13,323 bases of DNA, taken from an uncultured archaeon. GTDB lineage: Archaea > Asgardarchaeota > Thorarchaeia > Thorarchaeales > Thorarchaeaceae. The stretch is from the NCBI GenBank assembly GCA_964354495.1, contig CAYHAA010000030.1, positions 1 to 13,323 of the forward strand. Direction: 5' to 3'. Made by a program: the position numbers and the translations under genes. Under the pieces are notes generated by a model. That model did not search any database and was not told the origin of the DNA. It saw only the letters and a list, made by a program, of their open reading frames with translations. Positions 1-8,556 of this stretch are shown here, one piece after another. Position 1 is the stretch's first letter, and every line of letters begins with the position of its first letter.

Positions 1-179
1 GTCGAGGCAACCTGATGATTGCACCGCGTTCCCCGTCGAAGGCCCTTACCTCTCTTGCATTCCCGAAGGACTGCAAGACCAAGCTGCTTCTACCTCTATG
101 AAGTAGAAAACAGAGGAGGTGAGTGATGGAAGGTGAGGAACTCTCATCCTCTTCCATCCGCAGCTTCCGCTACGGATAC
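1..179. repeat. Repeat copy R0 (left part cut by window edge; complete right module)
   Basis: 1-176 is nearly identical to 8639-8815 (gcaacctga.gattgcaccgcgttccccgtcgaaggccc...gctacgga). Confidence 0.95.
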
Positions 180-262
180 GGTCTATTTTTCCAGCAAGAG
201 GAGAAACTTTTAGATAATGTCCAGTCATAACCCTATCTTGCAGACAGCTTGGAGGAAGTAAG

Positions 263-1024
263 ATGAAGAAATGGTACGAGGCCCTGTTCGAGAACTACGC
301 TAGGAAGTACGACGAGGAGGTGTTCGTCAAAGGCACGCTGGGGGAATGCGACTTCATCGAGAAGGAGCTATCCCATGACAAGTCACTCCGCATTCTTGAC
401 GTGGGCTGCGGTACTGGAAGGCATGCAATAGAACTGGCCAGGAGAGGATACGATGTAACTGGCATCGATCTGTCAGCGGCCCAGCTTGCTAGGGCCATGC
501 AGAAAGCGGAGATGGCTGGTGTGGATGTGGATTTTCTGCGTCTTGATGCTAGAGAGCTGCCATTCCAAAATGAGTTCGACGCCGCCATCATGCTCTGCGA
601 GGGCGGCTTTCCACTGATGGAGACCGATGAGATGAACTATCAGATACTGGAGGGTGTGGCCAGGGCTCTTCGCAATCCTGGCAGGTTCATCTTCACCACC
701 CTGAACGGGCTGTTTCCACTTTATCACTCGGTTGAGGAGTTCATGGCAGAGGCCACTGAGGATGGGAAGGCCACGTACAGGTCCAATACATTCGACCTTA
801 TGACCTTCAGGGACCACAACATCACCACCATCATTGATGACGACGGTGAAGAGGTGGAACTTAGGAGCAACGAGAGGTACTATGTGCCCAGCGAGATAAC
901 ATGGCTGCTAAAGAGTCTCGGTTTCAAGGACATAGGCACTTTCGGTGCCAGGCTCGGCGACTTCTCCAGAGAGCATGAACTGACAACCGAGGACTTCGAG
1001 ATGTTGGTGGTCGCCTCATTCTGA
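263..1024 (+). CDS. Class I SAM-dependent methyltransferase
   Basis: 253 aa ORF; motif I ILDVGCGTGRH, motif II VTGIDLS, DARELPFQNEFDAAI; GGAGG SD at 251-255. Confidence 0.93.
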   Translation: MKKWYEALFENYARKYDEEVFVKGTLGECDFIEKELSHDKSLRILDVGCGTGRHAIELARRGYDVTGIDLSAAQLARAMQKAEMAGVDVDFLRLDARELPFQNEFDAAIMLCEGGFPLMETDEMNYQILEGVARALRNPGRFIFTTLNGLFPLYHSVEEFMAEATEDGKATYRSNTFDLMTFRDHNITTIIDDDGEEVELRSNERYYVPSEITWLLKSLGFKDIGTFGARLGDFSREHELTTEDFEMLVVASF

Positions 1025-1062
1025 AATGCAGTCCCCAAAGTGCAGACAGATAGTAAATTCAG

Positions 1063-1196
1063 AATCCACTAGGATGAGTAGATGGGTGAAAAATGAAAAG
1101 GGTGGCTCAACAGCGAACAGCACGAGCAAGTTCTCCACTTTTGCATCGGGCAACCTGACGATTGCGCCGCGCTCGCTATCAGTAGCACGCACCTCT
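1063..1196. repeat. Repeat copy R1 (left motif + core hairpin, diverged right part)
   Basis: aatccact-N16-tgaaaaatgaaaagggtggctcaacagcgaacagc...gcacgcacctct; alignable to R7 up to about 1196. Confidence 0.93.
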
Positions 1197-1264
1197 TCCT
1201 TTCAGATGATAGGTGATAGAATCGTTCTCTGCTCCAAGGCTGATGGACCATGCACAGCATCATT

Positions 1265-1672
1265 CTAGTAGGACTCAGCACTCAAACCTGGAACCCGTTG
1301 GAACTCTCGGATGTTATGAGTCACTAGCCGCGTTATCCCCTTGGAAAGGGCCGTACCAGCGATCATGACATCACGTGCACCAATAGGGTCACCGCTATTC
1401 ATCAAAAGAGAGATAACATTTGCGGATTCAATGGCCGCGTTTCTGTCAAAGGAGAGCACTTCCATCCGGGAGAGAAGTTGTTCAAGCTCAGAGGTCCTCT
1501 TCTTCCGTTTTGCCTTAGAACCTTCCGAGATTCGGAAGAGACCCGTGTATAGTTCAAAGGCATTAATCTCTGAAGTATACAGAGCGTGTTCTTCCAGGTC
1601 ATTCAGCCATGAAATTGCCGCGCTATCCTTTCTCAGGAGATCTACAAGGAGTGTGGTGTCTAGAAATATCAC
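1265..1672 (-). CDS. vapC: VapC PIN-domain toxin
   Basis: IFLDTT, SEINAFEL, DVMIAGTA, LVTHNIREF PIN motifs; 4-nt overlap with the upstream small ORF. Confidence 0.92.
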   Translation of the reverse strand: MIFLDTTLLVDLLRKDSAAISWLNDLEEHALYTSEINAFELYTGLFRISEGSKAKRKKRTSELEQLLSRMEVLSFDRNAAIESANVISLLMNSGDPIGARDVMIAGTALSKGITRLVTHNIREFQRVPGLSAESY

Positions 1673-1917
1673 TCAAGATCAACCTCCTCGGAATGCATTG
1701 TGGTGCTTATTGTTTCAAGTGTGTCCTCCAGTCTTGCCTCTTCGTCGGAGGTCAGATCACTCCAGCCATCTGAGGATTCAGCCCAGAGACGGAGGGAGAG
1801 TGATGTCTTGGACTTGCAAAGCCGGGTGATGGTTTCACCAAAGCTCTCACCAGGCAGTTGCATCTTCCTGAGGAGGTTGTAGACGTCCACTGTCACAGAA
1901 ATTGTCTTCGATGTCAC
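1669..1917 (-). CDS. vapB: Archaeal VapB-type antitoxin
   Basis: 82 aa; KTISVTVDVYNLL...GESFGETITRL resembles archaeal antitoxins of the DUF217 type; acidic C-terminus; directly upstream of vapC; GTG start. Confidence 0.8.
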   Translation of the reverse strand: MTSKTISVTVDVYNLLRKMQLPGESFGETITRLCKSKTSLSLRLWAESSDGWSDLTSDEEARLEDTLETISTTMHSEEVDLE

Positions 1918-1929
1918 AACATATCACAG

Positions 1930-1958
1930 TCTACATATGTAGATGTAGATATATAAAT
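1930..1958 (-). promoter_or_regulatory. Putative vapBC promoter: TATA box plus palindromic operator
   Basis: Minus-strand TTTATATA at 1957-1950; perfect 14-bp palindrome TCTACATATGTAGA at 1930-1943 between the TATA box and the start codon. Confidence 0.65.
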
Positions 1959-1984
1959 CCCTGCATAGATTGCTAGCGAGTAGT

Positions 1985-2189
1985 TGAAAATCGGAGAGAG
2001 TGGCCCAATAGCCACAGTTAGGGCAAGTTCCCTGTTTGCCCGACCCCGTCGAAGGCCCGTACCTCTCTCACAACCCGAGAGCTGTGAGCCAAGCTGCTTC
2101 TACCTCTATGAGATAGAAAACATAGGAGGTGACTGATGGAAGACGAGGTAATCTCATCCTCTTCCATCTGCAGCCACCACTACGGATAC
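1985..2189. repeat. Repeat copy R2 (short-core variant with complete right module)
   Basis: tgaaaatcggagagagtggcccaatagccacagttagggcaagttccctgtttgcccgaccccgtcgaaggcccgtacc...ctacggatac; 2044-2189 aligns with R0/R7. Confidence 0.92.
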
Positions 2190-2221
2190 CTTTCAGTTCG
2201 ATAGAAGGTAAATTCAGCGAC

Positions 2222-2276
2222 TTTATATGTATACCTGATATATAATGATATATCAGGTAATATGCCTGAAATCAGG
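2222..2276 (+). promoter_or_regulatory. Putative TA promoter/operator
   Basis: TTTATAT at 2222-2228; perfect 12-bp inverted repeat TACCTGATATAT-aatg-ATATATCAGGTA at 2232-2259; second CCTGA-aa-TCAGG at 2265-2276. Confidence 0.7.
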
Positions 2277-2285
2277 TGATTCACA

Positions 2286-2540
2286 ATGAGTCTGACTACT
2301 GAGGGTCAAATCGGAAAGAAACATACAATCTATCTTCCGAAAGCAGTTGTTGAAGAAGCAAGTCTCGAAGTGGGAATGAAGGTCTTGATAACTGTAGAGG
2401 GAAATAGGATTATCATTGAGCCAGTTCCAGATCCTGTTGCTCTCGCAATCCATGGGGAAAAGTTTGCATCAATGACGCTAGAGGAAATAGAGGTCATCAG
2501 CCTTGAAGAACAGTCAAAGCACACGGAAAATTCTTCTTGA
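2286..2540 (+). CDS. AbrB/MazE/SpoVT-family antitoxin
   Basis: GQIGKKHTIYLPKAVVEEASLEVGMKVLITVEGNRIIIEP is a typical AbrB-fold pattern; overlaps the downstream PIN gene. Confidence 0.88.
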   Translation: MSLTTEGQIGKKHTIYLPKAVVEEASLEVGMKVLITVEGNRIIIEPVPDPVALAIHGEKFASMTLEEIEVISLEEQSKHTENSS

Positions 2541-2955
2541 TACTTCTTTCCTTCTACCAACTCTTGGGATTGAAGTAGAGAGAGAAGTGGTGCAGACTCT
2601 TTCAAAGATTAACCACGAACAGACTCAACTGTTCTACTCGGACTGGAGTCTACTTGAGAGTAGCTGGGTAGTACTACGACTGATCAGACAGAAGAGGTAT
2701 GAAGAACCAGTCTATCGAAGAGGCCTTCTGAGCATAACCAAGACCCATGTCTATGATGCCGTTGCGATGAGCCCGGACGATTACCTGACCGCCATTAGAT
2801 TCTTTCAGAAGGGGCATCCAGACATGATTGACAATCTGTTGTATGCTGCTGCTCTTAGAGAGGGGTGTCATTTTCTCACATTTGATGGGGAACTCTCACG
2901 CTTCATCTCGAAAAATGACATCGAGAATGTTATACTAACTCCGAAGAACATCTGA
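2503..2955 (+). CDS. vapC: PIN-domain (VapC-like) toxin
   Basis: ILLDTSFLLP, SLLES, DNLLYAAA, FLTFDGEL; TTG start, exact start uncertain. Confidence 0.85.
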   Translation: MKNSQSTRKILLDTSFLLPTLGIEVEREVVQTLSKINHEQTQLFYSDWSLLESSWVVLRLIRQKRYEEPVYRRGLLSITKTHVYDAVAMSPDDYLTAIRFFQKGHPDMIDNLLYAAALREGCHFLTFDGELSRFISKNDIENVILTPKNI

Positions 2956-2968
2956 GCAGATTCAGCTA

Positions 2969-3078
2969 GGCCACTCTTGATAAGAGAATGAGAGGGTGGC
3001 TCAACAACGAGCAGCAAGAGCAAGTTCCCTGACTTGGCGTCGGGGCAACCCGTGTTTTGTACCGCGTCCTCCACTGAT
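2969..3078. repeat. Repeat copy R3 (diverged core, shortened left motif, no right module)
   Basis: ggccact...aatgagagggtggctcaacaacgagcagcaagagcaagttccc...gtaccgcgtcc aligns with the R6/R7 core. Confidence 0.9.
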
Positions 3079-3165
3079 TCTGTTCCATATGAATAAAACA
3101 CATAGGCACTTTTTTATGCCATGTTCAAATGTTGGTAATGAAAACAGAAGGACTGAATTAGCATC

Positions 3166-4437
3166 ATGCATAGCCAAGGAGTAGATATCTTTGGTAATGA
3201 ATCAGGAATTGCAGAGCAATCAAGACATGTTGTGTTGTTAGGTGCGTTAACTTTCCTAACTATATCGGCAGCCGCGATGCTTCATGTGAATCAGCCAGAG
3301 TTCATCTTAGACCGCTTTATTGGCATCACAGAACTTGAGTACACATTTTTTGACAGCACTTTGTACATTTCGTACATTGTCGGTGGATTGTTGACAGGAG
3401 CATTATCTGATCGACTGGGAATACGTAAGCCATTCGTGATTGTAGGAACATTCGGATCCGCGCTTTTCTATTGGCTGATGACAATCACCTTGGATTATCC
3501 ATTACTTCTCATGTACAGGTTCATACAGGGTTCCTTCACGGTCATGGTGTGGCAGGTGTTTATGACCATCGTACTTGATATTTCTTGGCCACATAATCGT
3601 GGAAAGAACATAGGCATCTTCTCGACATTTCTTGCCTTGGCAATGGGAGCAGGACCAGTACTAGGAGGAATAATCGCGGCTGCTGGTGTGTTTATGCCCT
3701 ACTACACTGCGACCGTGTTGAACCTCATCGTACTGGGAATAGCAGTTCTTGCTCTCAGAGAACCATTAGTGACCAAAAAACGTCCAGACTTTGTACATAG
3801 TCTAACAATTGTGACACGGTTGCCAAAGCTAATAATACCCGGAGTTTTCAATCTCATCGACAGACTCCATATTGGCTTTATATTGACTGCTTTACCATTG
3901 TTTCTCTCTTTGGTTCTAGGCTTATCACAGGCGTTAAGAGGAGTAGCATTAGGTATCTTTGCACTGCCTTTTATCTTGCTGCAATATCCTATGGGAAAGA
4001 TGTCGGATAGGTATGGGAGGTATCCTCAGCTGATATCAGGCAGTGTCGGGTTTGGAGTTGTGTTATCATTCTTTGGTTATTTTGGCGGTTATGGATTTTC
4101 AGCTGTCCTCATCATGCTTGCAGTGATGGGATTACTCAATGGCGTGACTTCGCCTCCTTCACTAGCATTGGTCGGTGATGTCGCAAAGACAGAAGATACA
4201 GCAATGGCTACAGGTTTCTTTAGTTTTATGGGAAACATAGGTATCGCAATTGGCCCGTTACTATTCGGATATCTGATTTTCACAACAGATTTCATAATTG
4301 CATTTCTAGCTGTCGGACTATTAGAACTGTTGACACTATTCTTGAATATAGTTCTAATCAAGGCCGTTTTTCATGAGAAACTCCTACCTTCTAGTGGACA
4401 CAGGTCGATTACTGTTGAGGACCTCGAGATCTCTTAA
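3166..4437 (+). CDS. Major facilitator superfamily transporter
   Basis: 423 aa with about 12 hydrophobic segments; MFS motif A twice (GALSDRLGIRK, GKMSDRYGRYP). Confidence 0.93.
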   Translation: MHSQGVDIFGNESGIAEQSRHVVLLGALTFLTISAAAMLHVNQPEFILDRFIGITELEYTFFDSTLYISYIVGGLLTGALSDRLGIRKPFVIVGTFGSALFYWLMTITLDYPLLLMYRFIQGSFTVMVWQVFMTIVLDISWPHNRGKNIGIFSTFLALAMGAGPVLGGIIAAAGVFMPYYTATVLNLIVLGIAVLALREPLVTKKRPDFVHSLTIVTRLPKLIIPGVFNLIDRLHIGFILTALPLFLSLVLGLSQALRGVALGIFALPFILLQYPMGKMSDRYGRYPQLISGSVGFGVVLSFFGYFGGYGFSAVLIMLAVMGLLNGVTSPPSLALVGDVAKTEDTAMATGFFSFMGNIGIAIGPLLFGYLIFTTDFIIAFLAVGLLELLTLFLNIVLIKAVFHEKLLPSSGHRSITVEDLEIS

Positions 4438-4634
4438 ATTGCTTTTATCTGTTACATAAGTAATTGCTATTTCGGAAAGATCAGGAGTTTGAAGCCATTT
4501 CTGGCTACTACTAATGTTCTCTTGGTAATTATCTCACCACGGTATTGTTACTATAATAAGAATGGATCGAAGATTGTTATCTGACTTGCAAAGATTGGAG
4601 AATCGAATTGTGGAATCATTTGTAGTATGATTTA

Positions 4635-4704
4635 TGAGAAATGAGATCGTGGCTCGACAATGTGAGGCTAGGGAAAGGTCACTGATGACCCGACCCCGTC
4701 AGCC
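4635..4704. repeat. Repeat copy R4 (minimal, most diverged short-core copy)
   Basis: tgagaaatgagatcgtggctcgac...tagggaaaggtcactgatgacccgaccccgtcagcc; shares aaatgaga, gtggctc, taggg and cccgaccccgtc with R2 and the other copies. Confidence 0.75.
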
Positions 4705-4729
4705 TATATCCCTGTCCATCCAAGGGAGT

Positions 4730-5011
4730 CTATTCCAGCCACTTGTAACCTTTGCTTCTATGGATTATTTCAGTGACTTGGACATCATGACCTATTACGA
4801 AGCAGATTGCTCTGTAATCACCAATACGCAATCGGAAGAGAGGCGGTTCATCATGAGTGATGAGTTTCTTGATGTCGGCCCCAGAACGTCTTCGAAAAGG
4901 ATTTTCTTCCAATTCTTGTAGACTAGATTTGATTCGACTCTTCTGCTTGAAGTCCAACAGGCCCAATTGAGCCACTGCAGTCTTGGACAAGAAGACCCTA
5001 TACTTGGTCAA
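4730..5011 (-). CDS. relE: RelE/ParE-family toxin
   Basis: YRVFLSKTA...LQELEENPF...IKKL...FRLRIGDYRAI...HRSKGY; likely TTG start at 5011 overlapping the antitoxin stop (the ORF-track start at 5083 lies inside the antitoxin). Confidence 0.9.
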   Translation of the reverse strand: MTKYRVFLSKTAVAQLGLLDFKQKSRIKSSLQELEENPFRRRSGADIKKLITHDEPPLFRLRIGDYRAICFVIGHDVQVTEIIHRSKGYKWLE

Positions 5012-5195
5012 GGGGAACGAACTCCTCTTCTTCGAGAATTCGTCTCTGTCTTCTGGCAAATTCAATCTGCTCTGCCATCTCAAGAAGGCGGCGGATTAGC
5101 TCATCATAGGTCTCTCCCTTCTGACCGTATCTCTTCAATAGGTCCCGGGTTTCCTTTGATAAGGGAATTGTAGTCGTTTCGCGCACATCTATCAC
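4998..5195 (-). CDS. Small archaeal antitoxin (RelB-like position)
   Basis: 65 aa; TTIPLSKETRDLLKRYGQKGETYDELIRRLL is a ribbon-helix-helix-like archaeal antitoxin pattern; directly upstream of relE. Confidence 0.82.
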   Translation of the reverse strand: MIDVRETTTIPLSKETRDLLKRYGQKGETYDELIRRLLEMAEQIEFARRQRRILEEEEFVPLDQV

Positions 5196-5263
5196 GACTT
5201 ATAGTGTTGATAGTTACTTATGACTTCATAGATTTGATAGTGAAAAATCGAGCACCAATGGAA

Positions 5264-5409
5264 AATCCACTCATTTGTGAAAACGGGTAAAAATGAGAAG
5301 GCGGCTCAACAGCCGCAGCAAGAGCAAGTATCTGCCGTGCTTCGGGCAACCTGAACGATTGGACCGCGTTCCCCGTCGAAGGCCCGTACTTCACTCACTA
5401 TCCCGAAGG
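5264..5409. repeat. Repeat copy R5 (core + right module truncated at the cgaa loop)
   Basis: aatccact-N16-taaaaatgagaaggcggctcaac...ccgcgttccccgtcgaaggcccgtacttcactcactatcccgaagg. Confidence 0.92.
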
Positions 5410-5422
5410 TTTTTTCTAAGCT

Positions 5423-5659
5423 TCACAATAAGCGTAAGAATTCCTCTTTCGATAGTCCACTCTGTTTGATGATTGAGAGAAGTGTCCCCTTTGGAATCGG
5501 GTTCCTATGAGGGATAATAATAAGATATGGTCGATTATCGGTATCATATCTGACAAGGGCGATGTGGCTACCTTTTCCTCTCACAGGAGCATATTGAAAA
5601 CCAGCCTTGAGTAACCTCCGGATTAGCTTCGTACTGCTAATCTGAGGCAGTTTACTCAT
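5423..5659 (-). CDS. hicA: HicA-family toxin
   Basis: KLPQISSTKLIRRLLKAGF...RGKGSHIAL...IIIPHRNPIPKGTLLSIIKQSGLSKEEF; start set at MSKLP (5659; 5665 also possible). Confidence 0.92.
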   Translation of the reverse strand: MSKLPQISSTKLIRRLLKAGFQYAPVRGKGSHIALVRYDTDNRPYLIIIPHRNPIPKGTLLSIIKQSGLSKEEFLRLL

Positions 5660-5704
5660 TGACATCACTGTGTGCCAGCTATAACGACCATGCAAATCTA
5701 GGAC

Positions 5705-5941
5705 TTAGACATTGATCTCAATCGTACGTGTGGACTTCTCAGAGGCAGTCATCATCGGGAGATACTCATCTATGACCCCAAGCTCACGAGCATTGACAAG
5801 CCAGAGCTCTATTGCCTCTTTGAGATTGGCCAGAGCCTCATCTGCGGTATCACCTGCTGATGATACATCAATCTCGGGACATTTGGATACATAGGTCCCA
5901 TCTTCTTCCCATACAACAGCAGTGAATTTTACTTTCATCAT
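5705..5941 (-). CDS. hicB: HicB-family antitoxin (short, UPF0150-like)
   Basis: FTAVVWEEDGTYVSKCPEIDVSSAGDTADEALANLKEAIELWL; upstream of hicA. Confidence 0.9.
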   Translation of the reverse strand: MMKVKFTAVVWEEDGTYVSKCPEIDVSSAGDTADEALANLKEAIELWLVNARELGVIDEYLPMMTASEKSTRTIEINV

Positions 5942-6107
5942 CGTATACTACCATCCGAAGGTTATGAATTAAACTCTTTCATCAATGAGAATTCGGATTA
6001 ACTCTCTACGTTGTAGTTAGAAACGGTCAATATTAACTACTACCAACCAATGTATGATTCATGTTAAAACGAAGCAGGAGAGGTCTTCCATTAAGATAGT
6101 TAATAGA

Positions 6108-6260
6108 GAGTCCACTGAATTAGAAAAGCAAGTGAAAAATGAGAGGGTGGCTCAACAGCGAAGAGCACGAGCAAGTTCCCCACTTTGGCATCGGGCAACC
6201 TGACGATTGCACCGCGTTCAACGTCGTCCAAGGTCAGTGCTTCGCTTACATTCCGAAGAC
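6108..6260. repeat. Repeat copy R6
   Basis: gagtccact-N16-tgaaaaatgagagggtggctcaac...gcaccgcgtt; diverged but alignable through aaggtcagtgcttcgcttacattccgaag. Confidence 0.92.
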
Positions 6261-6510
6261 GGTTGCTGAAAATGCAGTCCTTTTTGTTGGAACACATCCA
6301 CACTCCCAAAGGCGTTACCATTCTTAGAGTGAAGGAAAGGATCTTTGGTATTATTGTTAGGTTTCTATCAAATTCCGAAGTGATTCAGACCTTTGCGTTA
6401 TGGGCTAGATAGAGCTTGACTTCAGGTGCGGAAAAAGTGGTTGTATTCTGATTGAAGATTGTAGTATCTATGGTCGATTGGACAAAATATGATTACTTCA
6501 TCCACAAATA

Positions 6511-6557
6511 ACATGTTTTATCCATGTCTTTATATCGTGTTGAATGGATATTCATGT
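6511..6557 (+). promoter_or_regulatory. Putative TA promoter flanked by an inverted repeat
   Basis: TTTATAT at 6529-6535 lies between ACATGttttATCCAT (6511-6525) and ATGGATattCATGT (6544-6557); 38 nt upstream of ATG 6573. Confidence 0.6.
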
Positions 6558-6572
6558 AGGGTGTTCATCTTG

Positions 6573-6812
6573 ATGGTTCGAGTTCGAATGGATGGCCAAC
6601 GACGCATCAGAATCCCAAGGAAGGCCGGAGTGGAAGGAGATACATTCCTCCTCCTCGCTCTTGGATCATATCACATTCTCTTTCCTGTTCCCTCTGAGAA
6701 ACCAGAACTGGATATCGAGGGACCAATAACAGAGCTTCTTTCACAGGCAGAAGTGGAGATTATTAGAGATGTGACCGAGAGATGGAGGAGGAAAGACCAA
6801 GATGCTGATTGA
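6573..6812 (+). CDS. AbrB-like antitoxin
   Basis: MVRVRMDGQRRIRIPRKAGVEGDTFLL resembles an AbrB N-terminus; start reassigned from 6489 to 6573 because the TATA box lies at 6529; overlaps the PIN gene. Confidence 0.72.
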   Translation: MVRVRMDGQRRIRIPRKAGVEGDTFLLLALGSYHILFPVPSEKPELDIEGPITELLSQAEVEIIRDVTERWRRKDQDAD

Positions 6813-7218
6813 GAATGACATGATCTTGGCATTCTATAAGAGAAACGACCACCTAAAACCACTTGCCACTCGTCTATTCTCAAGAATTGAACAGGGTGAT
6901 TTCGGTACAGTCGTTATACCTAGTGTCTTTTCGATTGAGCTCTACTATATCTTAAGATGCCTCACTGGTGTGACTCCAGTTCGAGATGTTATAAGCCACC
7001 TCATTACATTTCCCAATTTATCAATAATTCCTTCCACTATTGATCATCAATTGGCAGCCTTGTTCCTCCTAGAGAATTACCAACTAGAATCTATCTTTGA
7101 TGCAGTCTATGCCGCAGTATCACTCAGTGATGACAACCCAGACCACACGATCATCTCTACAGATCATATCTATGATAGAATTGAGGGCTTGACAAGGCTC
7201 GATCCCACCAGTATTTAG
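6802..7218 (+). CDS. vapC: PIN-domain (VapC-like) toxin
   Basis: MLIEND, SVFSIEL, IFDAVYAAV, IISTDHIYDRIEGL. Confidence 0.83.
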   Translation: MLIENDMILAFYKRNDHLKPLATRLFSRIEQGDFGTVVIPSVFSIELYYILRCLTGVTPVRDVISHLITFPNLSIIPSTIDHQLAALFLLENYQLESIFDAVYAAVSLSDDNPDHTIISTDHIYDRIEGLTRLDPTSI

Positions 7219-7227
7219 TGAACTGCA

Positions 7228-8466
7228 ATGAGGAATAAATCTCGCATGATGAACTTGATTACCTTCAGAGTATCCAGAGTCAGTTGCAGGCTCAGCGTTT
7301 CGCTGATACTGATCCTACTTGGATTTGCATACTCAGGTCTGCCTATGGCCTCTACCTATGTAGCAAAGATAGAGCCTGCACAGACTCAGACAACAACATG
7401 GATATCCCTTGAAACCGACTACCCAGAGGCAAAATTCTATGATGTTGAGTTCATCAATTCCTCTCACGGATGGGTCGTTGGATTATTGTACTCCAACACA
7501 TCTTCGGGCGGAATCATCCTTCACACAGAAACCAGTGGAGATACATGGGACACCCAACTTACTGATGATGCGCAAATATTCTATCAATTAGAAGTGGTGA
7601 ATGAACAAACAGCATGGGTGACCGGACTCGGTCGTCTCTACTTCACGAATGATAGTGGAGAGTCATGGTACACCTCTCTTGTGGGGAATAATCGCCTGTC
7701 TGGAATGAGCATGGTTGAGTTCCTCAATGAAACCCATGGATGGACTGCCACGATGCAGATACTATTCAGAACGACGGATGGTGGGCAGACATGGCAGAAT
7801 GTAACTGGTTGGACGTTCGATGACCATCCTTCGGACATGCAGTTCTTGACCGACTATGAAGTATGGGCGATTGGTTCTGACGGTATCTACCATAGTGACG
7901 ATGGCGCGGAAACTTGGGAGATGGTCTTTGATAAGGGGGGCTGGAGCCTATCGTTTCCAAACGAAGACGAAGGGTGGGCTGCGAGTCATAAATACTTCTT
8001 CCATATGAAGCAAGACCATACGTGGGAAGAGATTGTCATCCCCGGAAGACTTCCTTCATTTCGACTCTTATCTCCATATTGTTCAGATATACAGTTCATT
8101 GATGACGAACACGGATGGATTGTAAGCAGTGAGATTCCTATAATGCACACGCCGAACGGTGGAAGCAACTGGTATGAACAATCAGTTCCCGCGGATAGAG
8201 GCGGTCTCATGATGGCTGTCTGTTTCATTGATGAGTTGCACGGGTGGGTAGTGGGAAGCGATGGCTGTATTCTTAGAACCTCTACAGGAAACAATCTTGA
8301 CGCACTTCTCCTCTCCGGTCAAGAGGATCTTCTATTGATCGTTTTTGGAGCCACTGGAGTCGCAATCGTGCTGCCCGTCGGTCTGATTATTCTTCGTTGG
8401 AGAAAGCGGAGAATTCACGCCACTCAAACAGTTGGAGATTTGAAATTGGTTCCTGAGCTACCATGA
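7228..8466 (+). CDS. Membrane-anchored BNR/Asp-box (Ycf48-like) beta-propeller protein, paralogue 1
   Basis: N-terminal hydrophobic signal; repeated HGWVVG and TxDGGxTW units; C-terminal TM helix followed by RWRKRR. Confidence 0.85.
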   Translation: MRNKSRMMNLITFRVSRVSCRLSVSLILILLGFAYSGLPMASTYVAKIEPAQTQTTTWISLETDYPEAKFYDVEFINSSHGWVVGLLYSNTSSGGIILHTETSGDTWDTQLTDDAQIFYQLEVVNEQTAWVTGLGRLYFTNDSGESWYTSLVGNNRLSGMSMVEFLNETHGWTATMQILFRTTDGGQTWQNVTGWTFDDHPSDMQFLTDYEVWAIGSDGIYHSDDGAETWEMVFDKGGWSLSFPNEDEGWAASHKYFFHMKQDHTWEEIVIPGRLPSFRLLSPYCSDIQFIDDEHGWIVSSEIPIMHTPNGGSNWYEQSVPADRGGLMMAVCFIDELHGWVVGSDGCILRTSTGNNLDALLLSGQEDLLLIVFGATGVAIVLPVGLIILRWRKRRIHATQTVGDLKLVPELP

Positions 8467-8556
8467 CATGATTGTCTGTCTTGGTGTGATACTTGACATA
8501 GTAGCAAACTTGTTAGGGAGAACAGACAAGAAGCTACCACTCAGAAGATAATTAGA

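Noticed and set aside
1024-1034. Shared 11-mer aaatgcagtcc at 1024 and 6270
   Set aside because: Isolated 11-mer matches are expected by chance in 13 kb, and the flanks do not extend.
295-1829. Antisense or alternative-frame ORFs over real genes (295-591, 473-817, 1341-1829, and similarly 4089-4361, 5712-5894, 7986-8294, 11366-11587)
   Set aside because: They shadow well-supported CDSs and lack recognisable motifs.
6139-6327. Plus-strand ORFs starting at the repeat's aaaATGa (6139-6327, 1026-1268, 2996-3184, 4634-4921)
   Set aside because: The A-run after ATG varies between copies, changing the frame; no conserved product.
6272-6412. 46-aa plus-strand ORF MQSFLLEHIHTPKG... after R6
   Set aside because: Short, no SD or motif; may be a gene remnant but cannot be supported.
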